Shown here: positions 18,893 to 28,401 of the stretch, in pieces
Numbering within the stretch: the first letter of the stretch is position 1
Layout: each line of letters starts with the position of its first letter
DNA from: Actinomycetota bacterium
Lineage (GTDB): Bacteria; Actinomycetota; UBA4738; CALAEC01
Length of the DNA stretch: 64,000 nt
Assembly: GCA_050693155.1 (NCBI GenBank)
Contig: JBOGWA010000128.1
Location: 10,668-74,667 of the forward strand
Direction: 5' to 3'
Program-made: the position numbers and the translations under genes
Notes under the pieces: generated by a model
The model's database searches: none
Seen by the model: the letters and a program-made list of their open reading frames with translations, nothing else
What the model was told of the DNA's origin: nothing

Positions 18893-20151
18893 CGAACACC
18901 TCCGGAGCTCGCGGCGGCAGCGGAACGGGGGGTTGCTTTCGGATGGAGGAGGCGGGTGAGCCAGGATCTGCTCGCCGCGCGTCGGCGGTCGACGTTGATT
19001 TCTTCGAGCGATGTCTCAACCGGGAGGATCCGCGCGAGCGTCTTCACGAGGGCCCTGGATACCTCCGCTCGGGGGGCAACGTCGAGGACCGGGCGACCGA
19101 CGTTGATGGATCGCGAGACCTCACGCGAGTACGGAAGCGTTCCCTGGAACCCTTGGGGGAAGAGGCGCCGGATCTTCTCGGGGGAGAGCCCGACGTCCTT
19201 CTCCGCCTTGTTGAGAACTAGAGAAACGCCTTCCGATGGAATCTTCAGCCGCTCGAGCGTCGAGAGAAAGAGCCCGAGGTTCTTCACGCTCGGAACATCG
19301 ACGGTCGCGAGCACGATGAGGCGCTCGGAGAGATCGAAGGCAGCGAGCACCTGCTCGGTGATGGCCGCCGGCGTGTCGATGATGACGTAGTCGTAGAGGT
19401 CCCGGGCTACTTGCAGGACCTTCGTGATGTCGGGTGAGAGGATCCGGTCGGCCTCGGCCAGGTCGGCGGGCGCCGCGAGGACCTCGAGGCCGCTCCGGTG
19501 GGTCACGGTGAATTCACGGAAATGCGAGTGCAAGGATTCGTTGTCGCTCGCATGCGTCAGATCCGCAATCGTGTACTGGGGTCGCAGCCGGAGGGCGGTC
19601 ACGACCTCACCGAACTGAAGATCGAGATCGATGATCGCAACGCGCCGTCCGGTGACGGCCAGCGCGTACGCGAGGTTCGTCGCGAAGAAGGTCTTCCCGC
19701 AGCCGCCGCTCGGACTCGTGATCGTGATCGTCGTGGCGGCGGTCCGGTGTCCCTCGCCACCAGGGCGAACCCCTTCGATGCCTTTCGCCATGTCGAGCGC
19801 GCGCTGAAGTGCGGTGCGCAGCGTTCGACTCGCCGCGGGAAACTGGACGAGGTCGGAGGCGCCGATCCGCAGGAGATCCCGGTCTGGGTGCAGCGACCCG
19901 TTCTTCGGCGCGACGAGGAGCGTGACCACGTGGGGATGCTCCTCCCTCACACGCTGAAGGAACCGAATCCCCTGAGGCGAGAGCGAGGACGGCCCGGCGA
20001 CGAGCACCCGAATCTGACCTTTGGCGAGCTCGGATCCCGCCATCGCCGTCTGGAACGAAGGCGTCAGGTCTCCATCGAGGTTCGGGCACGCCCGCACGAG
20101 CGCCTGATACAGCTCGTCCTCACGGTCCAAGACGAGGATCTGCCCGCTCAT
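18889..20151 (-). CDS. cpaE: CpaE-like pilus assembly protein: N-terminal receiver-like domain plus ParA/MinD-type ATPase
   Basis: 420 aa from the ATG at complement 20149..20151 (MSGQILVLD...). The track ORF carries a 151-aa spurious N-terminal extension. Contains a deviant Walker A (ITSPSGGCGKT). Confidence 0.8.
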   Translation of the reverse strand: MSGQILVLDREDELYQALVRACPNLDGDLTPSFQTAMAGSELAKGQIRVLVAGPSSLSPQGIRFLQRVREEHPHVVTLLVAPKNGSLHPDRDLLRIGASDLVQFPAASRTLRTALQRALDMAKGIEGVRPGGEGHRTAATTITITSPSGGCGKTFFATNLAYALAVTGRRVAIIDLDLQFGEVVTALRLRPQYTIADLTHASDNESLHSHFREFTVTHRSGLEVLAAPADLAEADRILSPDITKVLQVARDLYDYVIIDTPAAITEQVLAAFDLSERLIVLATVDVPSVKNLGLFLSTLERLKIPSEGVSLVLNKAEKDVGLSPEKIRRLFPQGFQGTLPYSREVSRSINVGRPVLDVAPRAEVSRALVKTLARILPVETSLEEINVDRRRAASRSWLTRLLHPKATPRSAAAASSGGVR

Positions 20152-20861
20152 CGGACGGGAAGGAACTCGTAGGAGACGTCGGGCACGCGGGGGCTCTGCT
20201 GACCCTCGGGAACGAGGGTGAACCAGATCGAGCCGAGCTCCTGGGCGAAGACGAGTCGAGACGCTTCTCTCGGCGTCACCGAGAGGACGAACACCAGTTG
20301 GCTCCCTACTCCGGACGTGCCTGTGAGCCGCTGCGCCGCGCTCTGCGGATTCGCGCTCGTGGCGAGGACCTCGACGGCCGCGAGGATCTTTCTGGTAAAG
20401 GACTCCTGGCCGGTACGGAACGTGCTGTAGACGCTCACGATGTCTCCAGGGGCCGCGTACTGCGCGAGACCCTGCTCGAGAGAAACGGCGACCGACACGG
20501 CCTCCTCTCCCTCGGGGATCGGGAGTCGACCGGCGGTGCTTCCGGCCTCCGCGAACTGGCTCGCTGTGATCGTCTCGCCGGCCTCGATCTGCTCCACGGT
20601 CCACTGGTCGGCTACCCGCTTGAGGTCGGTAACCGCCCCAGGAGCCGCGTACCGTCGCGGAACCTCGATTGTTCGAACCAGGTCGGCGATGGCCGAACCG
20701 GAGGTTCCGGCAGCGATCGTTTCCTCGGCCACGAGGACTCGGATCGGTTCGCCCTCGGCCTCGGCTCGGCTCTCGAGGTTTCTGACGTATGCGAAGACGA
20801 GCGATCCTCCGAGAAGGCCGAGGACCAGCCCGCCGACCAACAGCACCGACTGACGTTGCAT
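20148..20861 (-). CDS. cpaB: Flp pilus assembly protein CpaB
   Basis: 237 aa. N-terminal transmembrane helix, then a CpaB/RcpC-like periplasmic region. Its position between tadE and cpaE supports the call. Confidence 0.7.
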   Translation of the reverse strand: MQRQSVLLVGGLVLGLLGGSLVFAYVRNLESRAEAEGEPIRVLVAEETIAAGTSGSAIADLVRTIEVPRRYAAPGAVTDLKRVADQWTVEQIEAGETITASQFAEAGSTAGRLPIPEGEEAVSVAVSLEQGLAQYAAPGDIVSVYSTFRTGQESFTRKILAAVEVLATSANPQSAAQRLTGTSGVGSQLVFVLSVTPREASRLVFAQELGSIWFTLVPEGQQSPRVPDVSYEFLPVR

Positions 20862-20865
20862 CTTC

Positions 20866-21339
20866 CTACTCCTCTCTCATGACGGTTGTGGACTCGAGCA
20901 GAAAACCTTCGGGCGGCAGAGGCGGGCCCTCGCCGAACAGGCCCGTGAACGCGCCGACGAGTCCGTTCACGGCGCGGCCGAGCGGGCCGAGCTCGACCCG
21001 GGTGGCGACGGTGACGGTCACGTCATCGCCGGGGAGGGCGGCCTGCGGATCCGGCGTGACCGACACCGTTTCCAAGGGCAGGTCGGCGATCCCGCGCACG
21101 TAGGCCTCGACCTCCGCGGCGGAGGGCCGGAGTCGGTACTCCCCAACCCTGCTGGGGTCGGGGCCGGCCCGCGTCGCATAGCGGGCGCCCGTCTCCGAGA
21201 GGCGGTTGAGGGTGGAGTAATCGAGCAGGAGCCCGACGATGAACGCCGCGGCAGCCGCCATGAACACGACGAGGGGGAGAAACAGCGCAACCTCCAAGAG
21301 CGCCCCGCCTTCTTCTCTCGCCCGGGCACCGGGAGTCAC
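20866..21339 (-). CDS. TadE-like pseudopilin
   Basis: 157 aa. N-terminal hydrophobic segment (ALLEVALFLPLVVF) of TadE/TadF type. Confidence 0.65.
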   Translation of the reverse strand: MTPGARAREEGGALLEVALFLPLVVFMAAAAAFIVGLLLDYSTLNRLSETGARYATRAGPDPSRVGEYRLRPSAAEVEAYVRGIADLPLETVSVTPDPQAALPGDDVTVTVATRVELGPLGRAVNGLVGAFTGLFGEGPPLPPEGFLLESTTVMREE

Positions 21340-21761
21340 TCGCGCCTCACCTCCGCCTCGGATCTGAGGGTCAGGGCATCCGGCACGTCGCCCGCAAACC
21401 CGAGCGCACGGAGCGGAGCGAGAAGCAGGGCGAGTGGATTCGCGACCTCGTAGGTCACGAGGACTCGCACAGGACCGTTCGGGCTCGCGCTCTCCGGTTC
21501 GACGGAAACCGTCGTGGGGGTCAGGAGCGGCGTTGCCTCATCGACCGCCTCCGTCACGCTGGCCTGATCCGGATACGAGCGAAGGTCCGGCGAGGACGGG
21601 ATAGAGACGAATCGGGCCCCGGCCCGAGCGCCGTGGTCGAGGATGGTCTTCACCGTTCCCAACCACGAGGCGAAGAGCAGTGTGCCGACGGCCGCGAGGA
21701 GAATCGGCAAAGCGAACGCCAGCTCGACGGTGGCCACCCCGCGCTGCCTGTCATCAGTCAT
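21336..21761 (-). CDS. tadE: TadE-family pseudopilin
   Basis: 141 aa. Classic TadE N-terminus GVATVELAFALPILL. Confidence 0.7.
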   Translation of the reverse strand: MTDDRQRGVATVELAFALPILLAAVGTLLFASWLGTVKTILDHGARAGARFVSIPSSPDLRSYPDQASVTEAVDEATPLLTPTTVSVEPESASPNGPVRVLVTYEVANPLALLLAPLRALGFAGDVPDALTLRSEAEVRRE

Positions 21762-22921
21762 TGGACGAGGGTCGCGCCGAAGAGACCTCGGGCCGTGGTC
21801 AGCTGCGCGAGCGGGATCGGGATTGCCTGAAAGGAGCCGTTTGCGAGCGGCGATAGGTACGCCGCCGTGAAGTCGAGGGCAGGAATGCCGAGAATCGGAT
21901 ACCGAAAGAGTCGAAGAAGGACGACGGGGTCTCCCGTTCGCGCGGCCTCGGCGGCCACGTCGACGGGCGAGGGGGGCGTGGCGCCGCCGGGTGGGTCGTA
22001 CAGGTCCCGGACGTCGAGGATCAGCTGAGTGAGGTCGAACTCACTGCCGGGCGGAAGCAGGGGATTCAGCGCATTGCCGAGCGCGTCATTCGCCTGCCAG
22101 AGCACCGGTAGGAGGAGGTCGCGAACCTCTGCCGCCGTTGGGTTCGGGTTCACCTGGGGCAACGGAGCGGGAACACCGCTCCACAGGTCGGCGACCGGCT
22201 GGGCGATCCCGGTCACGCTGTCCGTTCGAACGGCCGGAAGGACGATGAGGTTCTTGAAGCGCCGGCGCGCGATCGCCGTCGCATCGACGGTCCGCTCTCC
22301 CTCGAACTCGGGCAGGGGCACCGGCGGCTCGACGCGATCGCTGACGCCGACCCGAACTCGGGGCGTCACGGTGGCAGGCGAAAGGTTTTCCGGAAGCCCG
22401 TCGACGGCGGCCTGCAGCGCCGCACAGTCGGTCGCCGTCAGCGTCCTGAGAAACGGGTCGAGCAGACCTCCAACGAGCGGATTGCACAGAAGATTGAGCG
22501 GGACCCCGAGCGTGCCGGTAAGGGCCTCCAGGGCATTTCTGACCTCTTCCATGAGCGGCCACTCGGCAAGGGGTTCGATCGTGACGTCGCCGGCAAGGCA
22601 TGTCGGCCCCGCTCCGGACACGGAAAGGTTGTTCGAGAGAGGCGAGTGGGCTGCAGTGAGCAGGCGCTGCGCCTGGTTGCACGCGGTGCTTTGCGGTTCG
22701 TTTGAGGAAAGCGCTCCAACCAGCGGAATGCTGGCTGCGCCGGCCAGGGCGGAGAGGTTGGCGGCCCGCTCGACCTCACGACGGACGCCGTAGAGGCTCA
22801 CCGTGTTCGCTCCCCAGAGCGATGCGGCGACCAGGCCGCCAACAAGGACGATGATGAGCGGCGCGGCTGCTCCGTCTTCTGCCGAGAGGCCGCGTCGGTG
22901 GCGTGGATGTGCATCGTTCAT
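21758..22921 (-). CDS. TadG-like large pseudopilin / pilus tip-associated protein
   Basis: Pilin-like transmembrane segment (AAPLIIVLVGGLVAAS) followed by a long domain. I chose the ATG at complement 22919..22921, which has GGAGA 4 nt upstream. The track TTG at 22972 is the alternative. Confidence 0.55.
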   Translation of the reverse strand: MNDAHPRHRRGLSAEDGAAAPLIIVLVGGLVAASLWGANTVSLYGVRREVERAANLSALAGAASIPLVGALSSNEPQSTACNQAQRLLTAAHSPLSNNLSVSGAGPTCLAGDVTIEPLAEWPLMEEVRNALEALTGTLGVPLNLLCNPLVGGLLDPFLRTLTATDCAALQAAVDGLPENLSPATVTPRVRVGVSDRVEPPVPLPEFEGERTVDATAIARRRFKNLIVLPAVRTDSVTGIAQPVADLWSGVPAPLPQVNPNPTAAEVRDLLLPVLWQANDALGNALNPLLPPGSEFDLTQLILDVRDLYDPPGGATPPSPVDVAAEAARTGDPVVLLRLFRYPILGIPALDFTAAYLSPLANGSFQAIPIPLAQLTTARGLFGATLVQ

Positions 22922-22990
22922 CGCGTCTCCGAGAACAAGGCGGCGCCGGGGGGTGGGGACCGGCGCCGCCAATGCTCGTGCGAGTCCGTC

Positions 22991-23212
22991 TTACGGTCCG
23001 GGCGGGGTGACTCCTGCACCGGTGAGCGCGTCCACAATCGCCTGGAACGCGCCGGCGATCATCGGGCCAAGCAGGACGACAACGCTCACGATCACCGCTG
23101 CGATGAGAGCGACGAGCATGCCGTACTCGACGGCGGATGCTCCCTCCTCACGGCGAAGTCGAGCGCGGATTGCGCCAAGGGCCTGGCCGAAGCTCCGCAG
23201 CAGGTTGGTCAT
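22991..23212 (-). CDS. flp: Flp-family type IVb pilin precursor
   Basis: 74 aa from the ATG at complement 23210..23212, with RBS GGAGGG. Flp processing motif G/ASAVEYGMLVALIAAVIV after a 24-aa leader. The track ORF extends this gene by 78 aa upstream. Confidence 0.8.
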   Translation of the reverse strand: MTNLLRSFGQALGAIRARLRREEGASAVEYGMLVALIAAVIVSVVVLLGPMIAGAFQAIVDALTGAGVTPPGP

Positions 23213-23581
23213 TACTCCCTCCTTCCGCGGGCTTCGAGCGGGCGCTTCCTCTGTTCGTTCTGCGTATCGGCGGAGGGAGGTGTGGCGATTGATGGCCCGA
23301 TCGGTCGCCGGCGGGTCCGATCGGACTAACGAAAGGCTTGTGCTACTTGGCGTCGCCGCGGCCGATGAGCGGCTCCGTCCCCCGGCTCGCAAAGGGAGCG
23401 CGGAGCGACCAGGGTGATTCGGCTTGGTGGCGCCCCTGGAGCGCACCGAGTCGGAGCCCCTGAAGACGTCCCGCGAGAGCCCACGGGGATGGACGGGGCT
23501 TCGAGAAGACTCGTTCGAGCGCGGAGATCGCGGCGCGTTCCTCTTCGGGGGTGAGCTCGTGCGGCAGCTCGAACCGCTGAG

Positions 23582-25156
23582 TCACAGCGGGATGTTGCCG
23601 TGCTTGCGCGGCGGGACCGCTTCGCGCTTCGTCCGCAACATGTTCAGGGCCTGGATCAGGCGAATGCGCGTCTCGGCCGGTTCGATGACGTCGTCGACGT
23701 AGCCGCGGTCGGCCGCGATGTAGGGGTTGGCGAACTGCTCCTGGTAGTCCGCGATGAGCTCCTTGCGCCTCGTCTCCGGGTCGTCCGCTTTCTCGAGCTC
23801 TTTTCGAAAGACGATGTTGACGGCCCCCTCCGGCCCCATGACGGCGATCTCCGCCGTCGGCCAGGCGAGCTCGATATCGGCGCGCAGATGCTTGGAGTTC
23901 ATGACGACGTACGCGCCGCCGTAGGCCTTCCGGGTGATCACCGTCATCCGGGGGACGGTCGCCTCGGTGAACGCGTAGAGGAGCTTCGCGCCGCGCCGGA
24001 TGATGCCGCCGTGCTCCTGGGTGGTCCCCGGAAGGAAGCCGGGGACGTCCACGAACGTGAGAAGCGGGATGTTGAACGCGTCGCAGAAGCGAACGAACCG
24101 GGCGGCCTTCTCCGAGGCGTCGATATCGAGCGTTCCCGCGAGCACCTTCGGTTGGTTCGCGACGATCCCGACCGAGTGTCCATCGAGCCGTGCGAACCCG
24201 GTCACGATGTTCATCGCCCAGAGAGGGAAGACCTCGAAGAAGTCGCCGGCGTCGACGACCGCTCGGATCACGTCCTTCATGTCGTAGGGCTCGCGCGGAG
24301 AGTCGGGGATGAGATCGTTCAGTTCGTCCGCTCGCCGCATGGGATCGTCGGTCGAGGCGAACGACGGTGGGTCCTCCAGGTTGTTCTGCGGCAGGAACGA
24401 CATCAGGTAGCGCACCTTCTCGAGGCACTCCTTCTCGCCGTCGGCGATGAAGGCGGCGATGCCGGACTTCGTCGCATGTGTCTGCGCGCCGCCGAGCTCC
24501 TCGAACGTGACGTCCTCGCCCGTCACGGTCTTGATGACCTCCGGGCCGGTGATGAACATGTGCGAGGTCTCCTTCACCATGAAGATGAAGTCGGTGACGG
24601 CGGGGGAGTAGACGGCGCCACCGGCGCACGGGCCGAGGATCACGCTGATCTGGGGGATCACTCCCGACGCGCGGATGTTCCGGTCGAAGATGTAGCCGTA
24701 GCCGGCGAGGGAGGCGGCCCCCTCCTGGATCCGAGCGCCTCCGGAGTCGTTCAGCCCGATGACCGGAGCGCCGGTCGCGACCGCGAGGTCCATGATCTTG
24801 CAGACCTTTTCGGCAAAGGACTCGCCAAGCGAACCGCCGAAAACGGTGAAGTCCTGGCTGAAGACAAAGACCTTCCGGCCGTCGATCGTGCCCCATCCGG
24901 TGATGACGCCGTCGCCGTAGGGCCGCGTCTTCTCGAGGCCGAAGGCCTGGACGCGGTGACGCGTGAGCATGTCAGTCTCGACGAACGACCCGGGGTCCAG
25001 GAGCAGGTCGACGCGCTCTCGCGCGGTGAGTTTTCCGCGGTCGTGCTGCCGCTTGACGGCCTCCTTGCCGGCGGCGACGATCGCCTCTTCCTTCCTGCGC
25101 CTGAGGTCGTCGACCTTCTCGTCGACCTTGCGACGCGGCGGCGCCTTCTTGGCCAT
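23582..25156 (-). CDS. pccB: Acyl-CoA carboxylase carboxyltransferase (beta) subunit, propionyl-CoA carboxylase type
   Basis: 525 aa from the ATG MAKKAPP (complement 25154..25156); the track has an alternative start 30 codons upstream. Carboxyltransferase motifs and the PccB-typical C-terminus KHGNIPL. Confidence 0.85.
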   Translation of the reverse strand: MAKKAPPRRKVDEKVDDLRRRKEEAIVAAGKEAVKRQHDRGKLTARERVDLLLDPGSFVETDMLTRHRVQAFGLEKTRPYGDGVITGWGTIDGRKVFVFSQDFTVFGGSLGESFAEKVCKIMDLAVATGAPVIGLNDSGGARIQEGAASLAGYGYIFDRNIRASGVIPQISVILGPCAGGAVYSPAVTDFIFMVKETSHMFITGPEVIKTVTGEDVTFEELGGAQTHATKSGIAAFIADGEKECLEKVRYLMSFLPQNNLEDPPSFASTDDPMRRADELNDLIPDSPREPYDMKDVIRAVVDAGDFFEVFPLWAMNIVTGFARLDGHSVGIVANQPKVLAGTLDIDASEKAARFVRFCDAFNIPLLTFVDVPGFLPGTTQEHGGIIRRGAKLLYAFTEATVPRMTVITRKAYGGAYVVMNSKHLRADIELAWPTAEIAVMGPEGAVNIVFRKELEKADDPETRRKELIADYQEQFANPYIAADRGYVDDVIEPAETRIRLIQALNMLRTKREAVPPRKHGNIPL

Positions 25157-25179
25157 CGCGACCGAGTCTAGCGTGGGCC

Positions 25180-26250
25180 TTGATCCAATCCTTCGAACGT
25201 CGGGATCGTGTCGGTGCGGGGGCTTACCATCACCGTGCGATGCCACTCACGTCCGTTCAGGAACGGACGCTCGTCGAGCTCATGGCGAGCAAGGAGGAGC
25301 GGCCGGTCTTCTCCGCGGATCTCGCCGATGGCCTCCGATCGACCCTTGAAAAGCGTCTCGCGCCGATCGCCGAGCGGATCGATGACGGCGACCAGTTGTG
25401 GGCGACGAAGGCGCGACTCACCAACCTTCACCTGAGGTGCGAAGGCCTGTTCGCTGCGAACGAGTTCCGGGAAGGAGAGTTCGAGTACGGCTTCAAGCTC
25501 GCGGTCGGGAACGTCACGCACAAAGCCGTTGAGGTCTCGGTCTTCCGCCCAGGTGTCCCCGAAGCCGAGCTCGTTCAGCGCGCGCTCGAGAAACTACGCC
25601 GCGATGACTCACGGTTCGACGAGTACGTCGAACGGCTCGACGATGTGGATCACGCCGAGATCGAGGCCGAATCGGTGAGACGGACAACACTCTTTCGGGC
25701 CACCCTCCCGCCGATCGAGCGTGCGTGGGCGCCCGTGGTCGAGCTGCCGCTCAAGGTGGAGCTGCTCGATCGTCGCGTCGTGCTGTACGGGCAGCCGGAC
25801 ATCAGCCTTGGATCACAGGACGAGGAGGATCCGATGCGCGCTCGACGGCTCTTCCTCGAGTTGAAGACCGGACAGGACCGGCCCGAGTACGACGAGGACC
25901 TCCGCTTCTACGCTCTCTGCGCGACGCTCCGGTTTGGCGTTCCTCCGTTCCGGGTCGCGACCCTTCTGCTCGACGACGGTACGTGGCGGATACAGGACGT
26001 GACGCCCGACCTTCTCGAAGCGGCGGCGCGCCGGGTCGTGGGCTACTTCGAGCGGGCCATCGATCTGGTGAATGGGGCGGAGCCCGCACTTCGGCCCGGA
26101 GCGTGGTGCGCTTGGTGCCCCCGCCGGAACACCTGCCCCGAATCCACAGCGAAGGATCCAGTCGTCGTCGGGGAGTCTCAGGCCGTGAGATCTTCGCCGG
26201 TCAGGGGGGTCCGGGGGGAAAGCTCGCCCCAGACGGATCGCGCGCGTTGA
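25180..26250 (+). CDS. PD-(D/E)XK nuclease-superfamily protein (RecB/Cas4-like nuclease domain with a Cys cluster)
   Basis: 356 aa. Motif D (GQPDIS), motif ELK (LFLELKTG), a QxxxY-like RFYALCATL region, and a C-terminal [10 protein letters not shown] plus an upstream Cys, consistent with a Cas4/AddB-type Fe-S nuclease. Confidence 0.5.
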   Translation: MIQSFERRDRVGAGAYHHRAMPLTSVQERTLVELMASKEERPVFSADLADGLRSTLEKRLAPIAERIDDGDQLWATKARLTNLHLRCEGLFAANEFREGEFEYGFKLAVGNVTHKAVEVSVFRPGVPEAELVQRALEKLRRDDSRFDEYVERLDDVDHAEIEAESVRRTTLFRATLPPIERAWAPVVELPLKVELLDRRVVLYGQPDISLGSQDEEDPMRARRLFLELKTGQDRPEYDEDLRFYALCATLRFGVPPFRVATLLLDDGTWRIQDVTPDLLEAAARRVVGYFERAIDLVNGAEPALRPGAWCAWCPRRNTCPESTAKDPVVVGESQAVRSSPVRGVRGESSPQTDRAR

Positions 26251-26275
26251 CGGAAGCGAGCGTCCCACCGGTCGG

Positions 26276-27478
26276 ATGAAGGCCGTCGCCTGCTCGACCC
26301 TCGTCACCTGCGCGTCTCGCTCCATACCCGTCACTCCGATGGACGAACCCCACGTCATCAACGACGGCGTGGTGGCGTGGGACGGGGAAACCATCGTCTA
26401 TGCGGGGCCGGGTGACGGTTTCGACGGAAGCCTCGACGAGACGTACGAGGGATGCACGATCGTTCCCGGGTTCGTCGACTGTCACACCCATCTCCCGTTC
26501 TTCGGCTGGCGCGAGGACGAGTGGGAGGCGCGACTTGCCGGGCAGACGTATCGAGACCTCCAGGGGCGGGGCGGCGGCATCGCGCGGAGCGCTCGAATGC
26601 TCGCCGAGGCCTCCGACGATATGGTGCTCGACTTCTGCAGGCCGCTCATGGCCGAGATGCTGGCGCACGGCACCACGGCCCTCGAGATGAAGACGGGCTA
26701 CGGCCTTTCCGTCGACGCGGAGCTTCGGCAGGCGCGCCTCGCTCGGGCGCTGGCGGACGAAGCCCCTCAGACGTGCACGGTGACGCTGCTCGCGTGCCAC
26801 GCCGTGCCCGAGGGCGTCTCGCGCGAGGAGTGGGTCCGGGTCGCCTGCGAGGAGCTCATCCCGAAGGCCTTGGCCGAAGGTTTCATCGACGCCGTCGATG
26901 TCTATGTCGAGGACATCGCGTTCTCGGTCGCAGACCTCGAGCGCGTCGCCGAATCCGCAAGCGAGGCCGGGCTCCCCCTTCGTTGCCACGCGGAGCAACT
27001 GGGCCGAACGGGGTCGGCCGAAGCAGCGTCCAAGCTGGGTGCGAGGAGCGCCGACCACCTGAACAACGTCGACGCGTCCGGCATTGCCGCCCTCGCTGCG
27101 TCCCACACCGTTGGGGTTCTCCTGCCAGCATCGACGTTCTCCCTCCGGATGCGCCCGCCTCCCGTCGCGGAGCTCATCGAGGCCGGGGTGCACCTCGCCG
27201 TCGGCACCGACTTCAATCCCGGGACGTCGCCGGTTCTCTCAATGCCCGAAGCGATCGCAATGGCGTGCTCGCTCTATGGTCTGGGGCCGAAGCAGGCTCT
27301 CACCGGTGCGACGATCAACGGAGCATGGGTTCTCGGTCTTCACGATCGACTCGGGTCCCTCGAGCCGGGGAAGCGCGCGGATTTCCTCGTCCTCGATGGC
27401 GAGGATGTTCGGATGCTTGCCTACCGTCCGGGTCACAACCCCGTTCGCCGCGTCTTCGTCGGTGGGAAGGCCGCGTAG
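26276..27478 (+). CDS. hutI: Imidazolonepropionase
   Basis: 400 aa. Amidohydrolase metal motif FVDCHTHLPF and full-length HutI-like sequence. Flanked by hutG, hutU and hutH. Confidence 0.85.
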   Translation: MKAVACSTLVTCASRSIPVTPMDEPHVINDGVVAWDGETIVYAGPGDGFDGSLDETYEGCTIVPGFVDCHTHLPFFGWREDEWEARLAGQTYRDLQGRGGGIARSARMLAEASDDMVLDFCRPLMAEMLAHGTTALEMKTGYGLSVDAELRQARLARALADEAPQTCTVTLLACHAVPEGVSREEWVRVACEELIPKALAEGFIDAVDVYVEDIAFSVADLERVAESASEAGLPLRCHAEQLGRTGSAEAASKLGARSADHLNNVDASGIAALAASHTVGVLLPASTFSLRMRPPPVAELIEAGVHLAVGTDFNPGTSPVLSMPEAIAMACSLYGLGPKQALTGATINGAWVLGLHDRLGSLEPGKRADFLVLDGEDVRMLAYRPGHNPVRRVFVGGKAA

Positions 27479-27483
27479 GTCTG

Positions 27484-28395
27484 CTAGCTCACGCGATCGG
27501 CGAGACCGGAGGAGAACGACAGGAGGCAGGAGGCGGCAGCAAGCGTCGTCGCGTCGGCAACGTCCTTTGTGGGGTCCATCTCCACCAAATCAAGAGCTCG
27601 GACCTTTGGTTCCCTGCCGCAGAGGAACGCGGCCTGACGAAGCTCCCACGGCGTGAGCCCGCCGGGACGTGAGCCGGGAGCAGCGGGAGCGAAGACGCGA
27701 TCGAGGACATCGAGATCCAGATCGACGTAGATCTCATCGCATCGCGCAGATAGCTGCGTGAGCGCTCCCGCGACGACTGGTTCGATCCCGCCGGAGCGGA
27801 CGGCGTCGATCGTCACGACCGAGATTCCGGCTTTCTCCGCCACCTCGGCATAGAAGGCGGAGTTGGCGAACGACTGAATTCCGATCTGGACGATGTTCTC
27901 CCCCGGTAGCCCGTCGGCCAGCAGAGCGCGGATCGGGTTGCCGTTGCTGAGTCCGCCCTCGAGGTCACGGAGGTCGTGATGGGCGTCGAGTGTCAGCAAG
28001 CCGATGCGCCCGAGCGAGTCGCCGACAGCGTGCACTCCCGGCCTCGTGACGCTGTTGTCCCCTCCGAGGACGGCGACCACATCCGCGCCTTCCAGTGCTT
28101 TGCGCAGGCCCTGGCTCAACGGTTCGAGTGCATCCTCGGGTTTCACATCCGCGAGGTCGAGGTCACCGAGGTCGGTCGCAGCGAGGCGCTGGACGTCCGT
28201 TCCGCTTTCGACGTCGAAGGTACTGAACGTATGCAGCACCGCCCGGATCGCTCCCGGCGCCAGGTCGCAGCGGCCCGGAGTGATCGACGAGAGATGGAGC
28301 GGCGCTCCCAGGACGGCGATGCTTTTACTCGGGTTGGGCTCGTGCTTTCCGAGGAGCCAGGTGCTTGCTCGAGGCCAGTTCGGATCGTCGGGCAA
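27484..28395 (-). CDS. hutG: Formimidoylglutamase (arginase/agmatinase family)
   Basis: 303 aa. Ureohydrolase Mn-binding motifs (GGDNSVT, a DAHHDL region, SVDLDVLD). The hut context favours HutG over arginase. Confidence 0.75.
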   Translation of the reverse strand: MPDDPNWPRASTWLLGKHEPNPSKSIAVLGAPLHLSSITPGRCDLAPGAIRAVLHTFSTFDVESGTDVQRLAATDLGDLDLADVKPEDALEPLSQGLRKALEGADVVAVLGGDNSVTRPGVHAVGDSLGRIGLLTLDAHHDLRDLEGGLSNGNPIRALLADGLPGENIVQIGIQSFANSAFYAEVAEKAGISVVTIDAVRSGGIEPVVAGALTQLSARCDEIYVDLDLDVLDRVFAPAAPGSRPGGLTPWELRQAAFLCGREPKVRALDLVEMDPTKDVADATTLAAASCLLSFSSGLADRVS

Positions 28396-28401
28396 CAGGC
28401 C

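Noticed and set aside
18889-20604. 571-aa call for CpaE
   Set aside because: The first 151 aa overlap cpaB and are low-complexity. The ATG at 20151 gives the canonical receiver-plus-ParA architecture and an ATGA overlap.
23213-23581. Search for a TadV/CpaA prepilin peptidase or other small gene upstream of flp
   Set aside because: No frame in this 369-nt gap encodes a hydrophobic protein. The region contains only short GC-rich ORF fragments and a CCGATCGG repeat, so it is treated as the intergenic and promoter region.
23343-24896. 517-aa minus-strand ORF
   Set aside because: It lies out of frame inside pccB on the same strand. It is Arg/Gly/Pro-rich and low-complexity, a typical high-GC phantom ORF. 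The pccB frame has clear carboxyltransferase homology.
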